Notes: generated by a model not told the origin, from the letters alone. Counted from the whole stretch's first letter, positions 21,943-34,033 are shown. The stretch is DNA of 63,868 nt, filler included, from Licmophora abbreviata (GCA_900291995.1; 13 parts of 13 records of this genome joined end to end with filler, not necessarily neighbours in it), one strand, 5' to 3'. Program-made: numbers and translations.

Positions 21943-22146
21943 ATAGAAGTCTCTTGTTGTGAAAGTAACGTTTGGTCGTACATAAGAGGGAGTTGCATCA
22001 TGGAAGCGTACATGTACCTGGTACGTGTAGCGTCGACCCTTGCGTCGCGGGAAACTCGGTTTGAACCGTAGAAACCCGGAACTGACTTGTCCAGAAGGAT
22101 CGCGCGCGACACCAAAAAGAAAAATGGCGCGCCGACGACTGTGACC

Positions 22147-23247
22147 ATGATGGAATCTCGTCGAAGCAGCAGTAGATTGTCATGGCGACGCTGCGATAGA
22201 ACGAGTGACAGTCATCGTTATATGGTGCGCGCTGCTGTTGGACCTTTGCGCAGAGGTTCCTGGATAGTGCAAAAAGCAGGCGAATCGAGGTGGTCTCAAT
22301 TTGGGACCACATTCATCGTTGCAGGTTTCGCTTCATTTGCCTCAAGACTCCCTCTTCCCCAAGTGCTCTACTCAGACCCTCACTTGCTGGTGGTCAACAA
22401 ACCAGCTGGATGGATCATCTATGGGGACAGTAGAAAGAAGCAGGAGTCGTCCTTACTGGAGTATCTCCAGCAGGAGAAGCTCGGCGGTGGAGCAGAGTGC
22501 ACGTTCATCAAACCTCTTCACCGCATCGATCAGCCCTGCACCGGTGTAGTGCTGTTTGCCAAAACGTACGAAACGAGTACACGTCTCACACAAGCTTGGA
22601 AGCAGCAGCTTGTGACAAAGTCATATCTTTGTGTCTTGGAGAAGTCTTCTGCGAGGCTCAAGTACTTGCAGCAGCAGAGTACTCCTAGTATTGGCAATAC
22701 CAACAATACTAAAGGATGGCACGAATTGGGTGGATGGCTTTTGCGCTCGAACCGAAAAGGTTCCGTGTCGGTAGTTCCTTTGGATGCACATGAAAGCGAG
22801 GCGACAGATTCGGATGCAGCGCGTAGCAGTCAATTGCGACGTATTTCATTGGAGTGGAAGCTGATGATTACCAAGACGGAGGCTGCATCGTCACCGCTAC
22901 TGCTGGTTCGAACCCAAATGGGTGCACGGCACATGGTTCGTGCGTTGCTTTCGCGTATTGGCAAGTGTGTAATTGCGGGAGACATTCGGTACGGGGCCAA
23001 GAATACCGTACCCGACCGATCTGTGGCCTTGCATGCCTGGAGGGTCAAGTTGCCGTCGCCGTCCACGTCGTCATCACAAACGACGACGACGATGCAGCAG
23101 CAGCATGATGATGATGACAAAAATGATGGCTCAAGCGGTAGCAATACTGCAACTCTAGAACGACTCTTTGAGGCTCCTCTGCCACCGCTCTGGCGAGACG
23201 CATTTGGGATTCAGGAATGCAATGTGGCGGATGAATCTATTGGCTGA
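22147..23247 (+). CDS. RluA-family RNA pseudouridine synthase
   Basis: LLVVNKPAG, HRIDQPCTGV (catalytic Asp), K-Y motif, GARHMVR, IAGDIRYG, ALHA. Start uncertain (22147 or 22222). Confidence 0.85.
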   Translation: MMESRRSSSRLSWRRCDRTSDSHRYMVRAAVGPLRRGSWIVQKAGESRWSQFGTTFIVAGFASFASRLPLPQVLYSDPHLLVVNKPAGWIIYGDSRKKQESSLLEYLQQEKLGGGAECTFIKPLHRIDQPCTGVVLFAKTYETSTRLTQAWKQQLVTKSYLCVLEKSSARLKYLQQQSTPSIGNTNNTKGWHELGGWLLRSNRKGSVSVVPLDAHESEATDSDAARSSQLRRISLEWKLMITKTEAASSPLLLVRTQMGARHMVRALLSRIGKCVIAGDIRYGAKNTVPDRSVALHAWRVKLPSPSTSSSQTTTTMQQQHDDDDKNDGSSGSNTATLERLFEAPLPPLWRDAFGIQECNVADESIG

Positions 23248-24549
23248 TGAGCCAAGTCCATTAGCAATCTTAATCGCAAGGATAAGTGAATCCGCCTTCT
23301 TTTTCATTCGCTCCCGACGCTCTTGGTCCACACTCCAGTTTGATGGTTGAGGTTCTATCGTGGTAAGGAACTTAGGCTCTGTCCCTTTCCGTGACTCGTT
23401 GTCTGAAACAAGCGCATCCGAAGAGACGATGATCAATTACATTGTTCGAGGAGAACGTTTTGAGGATTGTGGTGGATTCTTGTGGACGTGGCGGAGTGTT
23501 TTGTCAGGGTCGCTCTTTCGCGTAGAGGGAGTATGGATCTTCTCGCGTCTCATTTTCTTTCAATCACTGCAATTCGTGCTTGCGGTGTTTATCATCTATG
23601 CCGTTTTTGTCATAGTTGAGGTAATTGCGGATGAAGCCGATAAAGCGAGTGCGCAACTGGAAGAAGACTGGCCCAGAGACTCATCTCTTGCACTGCCAGA
23701 TTGGGTCTACGATATCGTTCCCAGTGGAACTGAGGTTCCGAGGCGCATTGTACCCTGCACCTTGCGTCGCTGTTCTTGTTATGGGGATTCTGCTTTCAAT
23801 CTATCTTCCAAGTTACGTGAAGACAACTCTGATGTATAGATGTGGCATGCTTCCGTCCCTCAAGTCTCCTGACTTTACCAAATTTCGAAAGAACGTGAAC
23901 CTTGTAAGTATGTCCATCGTGATTTAGTAGTTTGTGACATGAATTCTCATTTCATGCTTCCAATACTCGCTAGGTTTACGGCAACATTGGAAATGCGGTC
24001 TACGCTATGATTGGAGCCACGTTCATATTCTGGGCGTTGACAGCTCTCGTGGTGTTTTGGTATATTTGGGACTTTTCCCGTGACTTTGCGTTGAAGTGCT
24101 GGTTCATTGGGCTTGGCGGTGGTGTTCTGGTGGGGCGCTTCACCCAATTTATCCTAGAGGCATGCTTCTGGGTAGGCCGCACGGACGTTCCGTTTTTGTC
24201 ATCCGACGTTTGGTTATTTGGCTACGCCTTTGACTATGTTCCGATGAACTTTCGCAAGGATCTACTCGTTCATGATGCCCATCACCACCCCTATGTCGAA
24301 CGTCTCCTTACCATGTATCTCATGAAACTCAAGACCGACTCGTTTTGCAGCGACGCTGGCGCGTGCTGGCGGCAGTTGTTTGTCGTATCATTTATGAAAT
24401 GGTTGATGAAGCATCGCGTCTTTAGCGACAAGTGCCTGGTGGATTCAATGAACGCGTGCGACGAGCAAGATATCGAGCGAGAGAAAGAAGAGGGACAAAC
24501 GGTTGATAGAGCAAATCACCAGTCGGCTTTGTCTCAGCCGGAAGACTGA
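23230..24549 (+). pseudogene. Truncated/degraded multi-pass membrane protein gene, remotely STRA6-like
   Basis: TM-rich pieces with an in-frame TGA at 23348-23350, a frameshift near 23737 and intron 23904-23973. C-terminus GRTDVPFL...[16 protein letters not shown]...[10 protein letters not shown]. No room for a promoter or N-terminus after the upstream gene. Confidence 0.5.
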
Positions 24550-24921
24550 TTCGAGTTCAGTGCTGAAGGCATATTTCTTGTGCATGGCTATGATACGGTA
24601 GGGCTTTGATGTATCTAACGATGTGGACGCCACTGAATAGCTTCTGTGAACGAGTTATAGGTGAACGCCGCGAAACGCTGTTGGTATGTCTGGTGAGATT
24701 GTAAGTCGGCGTCTGGCCGCCGGAGACTCTGTAGCATCGAAAAGATTCGTTCTACGTAGAAATGCAGTACTAAAATCCCGTAGAGGTCGAGCATATCGTT
24801 TTCCTTTCTCACCGCACTTTCTCTTGAATGGCTCGATGCTCGCGACAGAGTTGCGCCGATCACATGCGGCAAATATAGTTTCAAGAGGCAAGTTGCGAGC
24901 AGAGACAACCCTGTCGGCAGA

Positions 24922-25587
24922 ATGCGTCTCTCTTTCACTTTTTTCGTGGTGTTGAAACCGATCCTTTCATTATCGCTGAGTACGACGAAGCAGCCGCCGT
25001 TTGTTCTTTCCCGCCGGACGGCGCTTGTTGCCCCGTTGGTGATACCGGTACTGCCTCGATCTGTCATTGCTGCTTCTACTACTACGCCAGATCTTCAGTT
25101 TTCCAAGGCAGTGTCGGGTGTGGAGTGGGCTGATGCTAAGGTTGGCTCTGGCGAGCCGATCACAGAGGGATCTCCGGTAGCGGTGGATTATGTTATGAGC
25201 ACGAGTGGCGCTCGGTATGGGTCCAAGATCTACAGTTCAAAGGACAGCAATGCACCCTATCGATGGGTCCTAGGAGATGGTTCCACCATTTCTGGATTGG
25301 AGCTGACTATCATTGGAAGCGATGATATTCCTCCAATGAAACCAGGAGGTATTCGGCGAGTTATCATTCCACCCGAACTTGCGTACGCGTCGCTTGCCAA
25401 GCCAATCAAAGGGATGCAGGTCCAGGATTGTCAGGAGGGAGTCGGGCCTGGTCCGATACCACCGGCTGGAGAAGGTTCAGTTGCAGAGTACTACCAGCGC
25501 TTCAAGAATATATATTGCAATGCAAATCGACCGTATCAGCCCGACCTGGTGATGGACATCAAACTCTATGGAAAGCGAAGTCCATAG
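24922..25587 (+). CDS. FKBP-type peptidyl-prolyl isomerase, probably thylakoid lumen
   Basis: DAKVGSG...VAVDY...GLE...MKPGGIRRVIIPPELAY...LVMDIKL. Signal peptide followed by a twin-Arg SRR-hydrophobic-AA motif. Confidence 0.88.
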   Translation: MRLSFTFFVVLKPILSLSLSTTKQPPFVLSRRTALVAPLVIPVLPRSVIAASTTTPDLQFSKAVSGVEWADAKVGSGEPITEGSPVAVDYVMSTSGARYGSKIYSSKDSNAPYRWVLGDGSTISGLELTIIGSDDIPPMKPGGIRRVIIPPELAYASLAKPIKGMQVQDCQEGVGPGPIPPAGEGSVAEYYQRFKNIYCNANRPYQPDLVMDIKLYGKRSP

Positions 25588-26346
25588 GCACTCTTGCTAC
25601 TGGGGTTGGCATAGATAAGAGCTTGACCTTGTTGCCAATACCCCCTTCCTCATTTCGTATGCTGCCGGTTTTGTTGTTGGAACAGAGCTACTTTCTATTG
25701 TGTACGAGTACACATCAAATCTGATGGCGTGTTGCTGAGAGGTAGTGCGAACAATTGAACTGACTCGGACGGATTCAACTGGAAATAGGGAGCCCTCTAT
25801 CGAAAGCTTGAGCTATCAATAGTTAAGGAGAATCTAGCTTTGGCGCTAAAGGTTGGGATGAGCATGTTTCCCTCGTCTGTTACGGCTACAGTCGATCACT
25901 CATGTGTTGTCTTGTTGTTTGTGTTTGTCACTGGTCTAGCAGCAAAATTCCGAATTCCCAAACGAAGTAAATTTAGTCGACTGAGTCGAATTGAGTTGTG
26001 TGAGTCAGAAAGCGGGCCCAGGCCGAAGGATTGGCGACAGCTGCCACGTTTTGTACAACGTGCGTACTTTTGGTTACGTACAATATACTCCGCAGCCAAA
26101 CGGCACTGAAATGATTCTACTAGTATACATGAATGTATGTTATTTCAATCACGGCAATTCAAATAAGGGAGGGCGCGCGCAGAAAATATGTCCGAGAAGA
26201 GAAGGAATCTTCTAGAATCTGGATGAAAAGTGCGTGCTGTACACGCCGACGAGCGATGGTCGTGCGAGACGTACGAGTACAAGTTTGGGCATTGGCGGTT
26301 CTAACAAAGCAGCGTTTCTATCTGAACCCTGCTGCTGCGAAGGACT

Positions 26347-28114
26347 ATGGGTCGAGGTGGATGTAACCCCGTGGCGAACTGGCCAGCGAAGAACCCAGAA
26401 GCAGCAGAACTTACTACGCTAGCCGCTGCGACGAAGATATCCGCTGCACTTCTGGCGACGAAATGCACCCCCGACGAGTGCTGGATCGTCCACCGCGGCG
26501 TGGTGTACGACGCCACTGCGTGGCTGGCGAAACATCCGGGGGGATCGAGGACGATCCTCTCGAACTCCGGACGGGATGCAACGGCGGTGCTTCTTGCCAT
26601 GCATGATGCCAAAGTTCTGGAGGGGTCGCTACGCCGGATGAGGAGGGTCGGTATCCTCGTTGAAGAGCCTGCATCTGACGAGACCTTTGAAGAGGAGAAG
26701 AAGCAAGACGACGACCTCGATTCTGGGGTCGTTGGCCTCAGGAAGAGCACNNNNNNNNNNNNNNNNNNNNNNNNNNNNNNNNNNNNNNNNNNNNTTAATT
26801 AATTAANNNNNNNNNNNNNNNNNNNNNNNNNNNNNNNNNNNNNNNNNNNNGGTCGTTGGCCTCAGGAAGAGCACCATGGCGTGGAGGAAGCTTCGAGAAG
26901 CTGCGATCGAACGCGATTTCTTGTTGCTAGAAGAACGCCTAGCTCGTGAGGGTTGGTATGAGCCCGGACCTCGTGCTTATTGGGTCGCTGTGCTCAGGGC
27001 GCTCGTTATTCTGTGTGTCGGGCTCAGGTTGATCCTATGGGGTGCGGAATCGAGCACTTTTGGTGCGGTCGTGCTTGGATCGGTCTTTCTTGGATTGTTC
27101 TTCCAACAGGTCGCATTCTTCGGCCACGACGCCGGCCATGGCTCGATCACTGGCCACTTCTCGTCCGACGAGGTCATTGGCCTGCTCGTTGGAAACACCC
27201 TCGCCGGGATTGATATTCACTGGTGGAAATCGACCCACAACGTTCATCATGGCGCGACAAACTCTATCCACGACGACCCTGACATTCAGCACTTGCCCTT
27301 GTTTTGCTTCGAGGAAGACATGGTCCACAGTGCGGAAGAAACCGGGGTCGGACAAGAAGTTGGCTTGTGGTCAACCTACCATGGAAGGTTCATGTCGGCA
27401 AGCGACATTGCCAGGTCAATGATGCAATACCAGCATCTGTATTACTTCCCCGTCATGGCCTTTGCTCGAATCAATCTGTACATCCAGAGCATCATCCACC
27501 TTGCGCGGACGTGTCCCTTCCGAACTTCCGCTGGTACCTCTCCTGTCAAAGCGAACAGTGGTGGCGACCAAACGAAGACGCCCTACGAATGGGGTCATGC
27601 CAAGCCTGCACTGTGGACAGCGCAGGTCTTCTGCCTATGTGTCAACTACAGTCTCTGGTACATGCTGCTGTCGTCCCTTGACGCGACAAGCGCGTGGACC
27701 TGCTACCTTGTTTCGCACTGGGTTGCTGGAATTCTGCACGTACAGATCCTTCTGTCTCACGTTGCCATGCATTACCACAACCACTCCGCGAGGGATGGCG
27801 TTGACGACAACAGCGCCTCCCCAGAGCATGAAGTCGGGGTTGGCTTTCACGAGCTCCAGGCTCTGACTACGATGGACATTGCCTGCCACCCTTCTCTTGA
27901 CTGGTTCCACGGCGGTCTACAGTTTCAGCTGGAGCACCACTTGTACCCCCGCGTGCCTAAATTTAAGCTACGGGGACTTATCCCTTTGGTCGACGCGATC
28001 TTTGCCAAACACGGGGTGCCCGTCGTCCGCAAAGGATTCTTCGAGGGAAACGTCATGGTGTTGCGGCATATGGCACGAGTGGGAAAGAACATATCTCGGA
28101 TTAAGCGAGACTAG
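26347..28114 (+). CDS. Cytochrome b5-fused front-end desaturase (sphingolipid delta-8/SLD-like), spans linker gap
   Basis: MGRGG start, b5 HPGG, His boxes HDAGH, HNVHH and QLEHH, plus DPDIQHLP. The 24-nt overlap across the gap (26727-26750 = 26851-26874) restores one frame. Confidence 0.92.
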
Positions 28115-28321
28115 TTTGTTTCCCTGTGTACAAAGACGACAAGGTCTAACACAAGCCTGAAACCTACATCCAATTAAAGCAAAGTATAAAGAAAACAGCA
28201 ATTTTGTGTCGAACGCGTGGATTCAGTCATGATATAAGGATACAATTGTCGATCGTAGCAGGTATTTGAGTTGACGAACAAGCACAATCCTATTTAATTG
28301 GAAGTCGATTGAACTTGTCAT

Positions 28322-29166
28322 CTACAAGTGTCGCGCCTCTCCAGAGCCGGAGACAATCAGCGTTTCTAGAAGGCGACGCGGAGGAATCAGTACACCCTCC
28401 TGGTCGACTCGACCGTTCGTATCAACACAGGCTGAGTCGTCGCCGCCGTTCTCGACCCAAGCCCCACTCACTGTTCCAAAGACAAGCGCATCCTCCTGTC
28501 GACCCAAACTTGGCAATAACGTTTCATCTTGGACCGCCACCGGTGCCGCCTTCATGAGAACCTTATTGTCGTCGTCCACTGGCAATCCTAGATTCCTGCA
28601 AAAGTCCAACGCCGACTCGGCACTCGGCAGAAATAACAGTCGCGCCATTTCCTCTGCCGCAATTCCTTCTCTCTTTCCAAACGACGTGTTGTAATGCATG
28701 ACGGAACCCATGCGAAGAACATTGAGCGCAGGTGCCATGGCGCAGCGACACAGCGTGGCAAAGCGGGTGTCGTCACGGGTAGCATCATTGTCCGCCAGCA
28801 TGGCCAAGACGACTCGATGCAGTCCCATTTGTGCCGCCGCCGTGAGTTTCAAAGCCCAATGAAATCGTGGATAAGACGGATGATGATTTTGGTGATCGTC
28901 GTTGGTACGTGGTCGTTGCCGCCTTTTCAATGCCAATACCAAGACGGCGCCGTAGCCCTGGTGTGACGTACTCAGGTTCGAAGCGCTCGATACTACTATA
29001 CCATGCTCTTGCTGTAAGCATGATGCTATATGCAAGAGTGCCGTATAACACAGCACTTCATCTTCGCTTTCGTCAGTCCTGTGGCTTGTGTCGTCCCAAT
29101 ATGCACTCAGAGCTGTCCATAGCGCTTGTCGAGCAAACGTGGGCTCGTACTGTTTCCGATCCATTT
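28322..29166 (-). CDS. SAC3/GANP (PCI-like) domain protein, 5'-partial
   Basis: YEPTFARQALWTALSAYWD...EDEVLCYTALL...LNVLRMGSV...EMARLLFLPSAESALDFC..LGL resembles the SAC3/GANP helical plus winged-helix end. Truncated by gap. Confidence 0.6.
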
Positions 29167-29597
29167 NNNNNNNNNNNNNNNNNNNNNNNNNNNNNNNNNN
29201 NNNNNNNNNNTTAATTAATTAANNNNNNNNNNNNNNNNNNNNNNNNNNNNNNNNNNNNNNNNNNNNCAAAACCGATGAGTCAACTCATCGCCTGCGATCT
29301 GCGATTGTGGCTGATTTACCAGTACAAAAAAATGTCTTATCAGATATCTGAATCGCTAGCAAATGTGAGCAAATGCTAGTGAAAAATACGTATTTCAAAC
29401 GTACACACTTTTTCCGCGTCGATTCGATTCGACTAATTCGAATCGCACTGCAGCTCAGCGGACGCCTAGCAGACTGTCGCGCGTTTCATTTTGTTTGCGG
29501 TGTCGTGTCGGGAGGACAGCTCGACCAGGATACTCGAATACGGGTACCTTGTTGTTGAGAAAGCGGAAATATTGACGCAGGATGAGCGTGAAACAGC

Positions 29598-32219
29598 ATG
29601 AGGTCCCTGGCCGACGCTAAGGAATCCCCGGATGCGGATGAGACACTCGATTGTGTCCAGGAAGTTTGCGGCGTGACTCGAGAACGAGCACAAGAGCTTC
29701 TCGATGCCGCCGGGAGCATCGAGCGCGCGGTGGACGTTCACTTTGGAGCCGTCGGTGATAGGAGCGGAGATCATGAGACTGAAGTGGCTGTAAAGAGCAC
29801 TCGAGAGAGGAAGCATGAAGGTGCGCAGAATCAGAAAGCCGTCGGGGTACCTTTGCAGAAACGAGCCAAGACGACGCCGGTCAAACAGTCGACGCTCCGG
29901 TCGTTCTTTCAGGCGGGTGTCAGCCCCTTGATAGCGGCCGCGAAACCAGGGCCTGTGACGACAGGAGAGGCCTGCATAGAAGGCATCGGGAGGATGGTAC
30001 ACAACAGCGTTACTAGACCTCCTCACTCGGATACCGGAACTTCCATCGTGGGTAAAATGACGCTTCCTCTCGACAACGCCTGCGCCTATAATTTTGACCC
30101 TCGGCTGCAGTACCGGGCTTTGGCCCTCACGTTTTCCAAACTCGCAGGAACTACCAAGCGACTAGTAAAGATCAATTCACTGAAGATAGTGCTGAAGGGA
30201 GTTATTGAGGCAGTTGGAGGGATTTACGGCAGTGACGACGATCGACGCCAAGATGGTGTTGTTCTGCAGTGGGCCTTGGAACTCATTCTCGGTACCGCTG
30301 GCACGTCGCCCTTGCAGGTGAGTGGGTCGGCCGTATCAAAGGCAGTTCTAGCAGTGACAGGAACTTCACCGGGGAACTTACGAGAGGTATATCGCAAGAC
30401 TGGTGATTTGGGCGATGCCTCGGAGCACTTTGTCCGCAACCAAACGCTACTTGTACAGCCGAAGCCGCTGACGATATCGACTGTGCACGAGAGATTGCGA
30501 ACGATCGCGGCGCAAGAGGGCAAGGGCAGTCAGAATCAGCGACATTCACTCATGGTCAAACTTCTTCGTTCTTGCAAGGCGGACGAATTGAGATTTCTAG
30601 TCAGAACATTGCTCGGCAACATGCGGCTTGGTGCAAACATACGGACGGTTTTATCTGCGCTCGGTCATGCTGTTGCGGAGATCGAAGCGACCAAGTCGAA
30701 CGACAGTCCAGAGAGCTCAGCGGCGGCCAAGGCTGTTCAGGATACGTTTGACTTCTGTCCACGTTTGGATAAGTTGTCCTTGTCGCTACTTTGTGGTGGA
30801 ATCTCGTACATGGAGCAAACGTGCGCACTTCAAGTCGGCACACCATTGAATCCCATGCTCGCCAACGCAGCGCATTCCCTGGAGGAGGTTGAGAAGCTCA
30901 TGAATGGTGATCCCCAGAGTACACCCTTATTCGCTGTGGCTGAATGGAAATACGATGGGGTACGCTGTCAAGCTCACTTTGATGGGCATGAGGTGACACT
31001 GTACTCGCGACACATGCTGAACAACACGAATCAGTTTCCCGACGTCGTCGAGGCGCTGCTTGCTGCCAGACGACCAAAGGTGACATCGTTTATAATTGAT
31101 GCGGAGATCGTAGCGGTGGAACTGCTGGGCGATGACAGTGTGTCAGGTGGACACCATCTATTGCCGTTTCAAGATCTATCGACACGAAGAGGATCATCGG
31201 AAAGAGAGGATGGTAGTCGACCCATACCTGTATGCCTTTTTGCATTCGATCTTCTTTACGTCAACGGCTTTTCTCTGGTGAAAGAGTCACTCCATGTTCG
31301 TCAAGCCGCCTTAAAGAAGCACTTTGTAGAAACGGACATGCTGAAATACGCGGCTTCAATTGCCCTCCAGTCGTTCGACGAGAGAGCCCTTGGGTCCTTC
31401 CTGGAGGAAGCTGTGGCAGGAGGGGCCGAGGGCCTGATGGTAAAGCTGACTGGTGAAGAAAGACAGGCTACTCAATCATCAAGCCAGAAAGCTTCACCGT
31501 CGTGCACGTACGAGGCTGGTGCGAGGAGTCATACGTGGCTCAAGGTGAAGCGGGACTACGTCTCAGGCTATGCCGACACCATTGACGTCATACCCATCGG
31601 AGCGTGGTTCGGAAACGGGCGCAAGGCACAAAAGGGATTCCTATCACCAGTTTTACTTGCTATTTATGACGAAGAGGAAGATATATATAGGTCCATCAGT
31701 CGTTGCATGAGTTTCACGGACGCAATGTACGATGCAATGCGGAAGTTTTACTTCCATGGCACTCCTTACCCTGCAGATGTAGGTATCGACGAAAGGAAGA
31801 CAAGTACGACGGCGAGTGCCGGACCGAGTGAAATCGACGTTGACGACCACAGCAACGATGGAGAGTCAATCGATGCTGCTGCTCATGACGACGACGGAGA
31901 AGAAGCACGGCAGGACCGAGTTAACTGCTATCCGCACAAGCCTTCATCGGCACTGGTTGTGACCAACGAAAATCCTCCCCTGTGGTTCAAGCCCAGCGAG
32001 GTGTGGGAGGTTTCGTTTGCCGATTTGAGTTTATCGCGACAACACACGGCTGCTGCCGGGCTAGTCCATGAAAGTCGTGGTGTGGCGCTCCGCTTTCCTC
32101 GCTTCAAGCGAAGGCGACCCGACAAACGTATTGATCAAGCGACGACAAGCGCTCAGATTGCGAAGCTTTTTTCGAAACAGTCGAAGCATCAATCGATGTC
32201 TCGTACTGGTAGGGACTGA
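29598..32219 (+). CDS. ATP-dependent DNA ligase, LIG1 superfamily (LIG6/Adl1-like)
   Basis: DBD (YRKTGDLGD, ELRFLVRTL), PMLA, EWKYDGVR (motif I), FIIDAEIV, FAFDLL, EGLMVK, WLKVKRDY, ALRFPRF..RRPDK. N-terminal UBA-like segment and PIP box QSTLRSFF at 29886-29909. Confidence 0.93.
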   Translation: MRSLADAKESPDADETLDCVQEVCGVTRERAQELLDAAGSIERAVDVHFGAVGDRSGDHETEVAVKSTRERKHEGAQNQKAVGVPLQKRAKTTPVKQSTLRSFFQAGVSPLIAAAKPGPVTTGEACIEGIGRMVHNSVTRPPHSDTGTSIVGKMTLPLDNACAYNFDPRLQYRALALTFSKLAGTTKRLVKINSLKIVLKGVIEAVGGIYGSDDDRRQDGVVLQWALELILGTAGTSPLQVSGSAVSKAVLAVTGTSPGNLREVYRKTGDLGDASEHFVRNQTLLVQPKPLTISTVHERLRTIAAQEGKGSQNQRHSLMVKLLRSCKADELRFLVRTLLGNMRLGANIRTVLSALGHAVAEIEATKSNDSPESSAAAKAVQDTFDFCPRLDKLSLSLLCGGISYMEQTCALQVGTPLNPMLANAAHSLEEVEKLMNGDPQSTPLFAVAEWKYDGVRCQAHFDGHEVTLYSRHMLNNTNQFPDVVEALLAARRPKVTSFIIDAEIVAVELLGDDSVSGGHHLLPFQDLSTRRGSSEREDGSRPIPVCLFAFDLLYVNGFSLVKESLHVRQAALKKHFVETDMLKYAASIALQSFDERALGSFLEEAVAGGAEGLMVKLTGEERQATQSSSQKASPSCTYEAGARSHTWLKVKRDYVSGYADTIDVIPIGAWFGNGRKAQKGFLSPVLLAIYDEEEDIYRSISRCMSFTDAMYDAMRKFYFHGTPYPADVGIDERKTSTTASAGPSEIDVDDHSNDGESIDAAAHDDDGEEARQDRVNCYPHKPSSALVVTNENPPLWFKPSEVWEVSFADLSLSRQHTAAAGLVHESRGVALRFPRFKRRRPDKRIDQATTSAQIAKLFSKQSKHQSMSRTGRD

Positions 32220-32605
32220 GATAAGTGCACTTATCATAGAAGTGAGGGGTTTATCCTAGTCTACGTCGTACCGTGTACCAGGTATTCCGATCGATATTAG
32301 GGNNNNNNNNNNNNNNNNNNNNNNNNNNNNNNNNNNNNNNNNNNNNTTAATTAATTAANNNNNNNNNNNNNNNNNNNNNNNNNNNNNNNNNNNNNNNNNN
32401 NNTTATCCGCTTTTTCCAGCATACCGTCTGTACGACTACACCGTACTCTAGATGCAGTGTTTTCTGGAGCTCATAGCTCTTAACTACACTGAACACTGCT
32501 CTCTGACGTCATTCACGAACTCCGATCTTCTGCTAGATCTTGGTCGGCACTTTCGTCATCCACACAAAAACGCCGCCGGCACATTCTCTTCTTAGTTTCG
32601 CGACC

Positions 32606-34033
32606 ATGCTGTCGTCTCTTGTCCGCCGCTCGGCTGCTGCTGCTCGCAGTGGCAGTAGTTTTGTAACTGCCCAACACCGCTTCATGTCTAGTACCGCGTC
32701 GTTTGACTTGACGGGGTCGTTTGAGGTGAGAAAGACAGAGAATGCTTCGCGCCGCTCTTTTCTCTGTATTTTCGTATTCCAGTACTCACCGATTAGATAT
32801 TCCACCGATGTGATTTTATATTCATTGCTATTTCAACAGACTTACCAACTGGAGGGAGCTCCCGCCCAGACGGTCGAACACACCAAGGAGGAGCTTTTGG
32901 AAATGTTCGAGACCATGTACACGATGCGACGAATGGAAATCACCTGCGACAACGAGTACAAGGCTCGAAACATTCGTGGATTTTGCCACCTGTACGACGG
33001 TCAGGAAGCCGTCGCCACCGGCATCAACGCGGCCTTTGACCCGGAAGACAGCTGGATAACGAGCTATCGTTGTCACTGCGTCGCCCTGATTCGGGGTGGG
33101 AGCGTGGAAAAGGTCATTAGTGAACTCTTGGGTGCCACGGATGGGTATAGTAAGGGCAAGGGCGGTTCTATGCACTTTTACAACAAAAAACACAACTTCT
33201 TTGGCGGTGCCGGCATCGTCGGCGCTCAAGTGCCGGTCGGGACAGGTCTTGCCTTTGCCAACAAGTACAATGCCAAACCGGGAGAGCCGATGAACGTGGC
33301 GATTGGTTGCTATGGAGACGGCGCCGCCAATCAAGGCCAAGTGTGGGAGGCAGCCAATATGGCGAGTCTGTGGAAGTTGCCCATGATCTTTTGTATTGAG
33401 AACAATCAGTATGGTATGGGAACGAGCATTGATCGTCATTCGAGTCACAGCGACTACTACAAGATGGGCAATCACATTCCTGGTAAGCCAACTTGGATGA
33501 GGAGGGTGCACAGAAAGAAATAGGTATGCATACCAAGAGCTGTCTTGATTTCACAACATCGTCTCCTTGTACTTTGATTTCTGTTTTGCATAGGCATCCG
33601 CATCGACGGCATGAACGTCTTGGCAGTCAAGGAAGGCATGCGCTTCGTCAAGGACTTTTGCGGCAGTGGGAATGGCCCCATGTACGTGGAAATGATGACC
33701 TACCGTTACCATGGACACTCCATGAGCGATCCTGGAACGACCTACCGCAATCGCGAGGAGATTGCCTTTACCCGGTCGACACGCGATCCTCTTGAATTTC
33801 TCAAAAAGACCATGACGGAAGCGGGCTTTTCGGATTCGGAAGAGTTGAAAAGTATCGAAAAGAAGATTCGAAAGAGTGTGCAGCAGGCGGTCTTGAAGGC
33901 GAAAGAATCGGCGCGGCCGCCTATGGAGGACTTGTTTACGCATATTTTTGCTCCTGGTTTGGAAGGAGGAGGCAAGTCGGAATTTCCGAAGCATATTCGC
34001 ATGCCGGATTACGAAAAGTCGTTTTGGAGTTAA
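32606..34033 (+). CDS. PDHA1: Pyruvate dehydrogenase E1 alpha, mitochondrial
   Basis: IRGFCHLYDGQEA, KGKGGSMH, YGDGAANQGQ, ENNQYGMGT, TYRYHGHSMSDPG. Mitochondrial presequence. Introns 32726-32839 and 33483-33593. Confidence 0.96.

Noticed and set aside
29273..29290. Hairpin cgatgag-tcaa-ctcatcg containing TGAGTCA upstream of the ligase
   Set aside because: A 7-bp stem is expected by chance, and it sits next to a gap.
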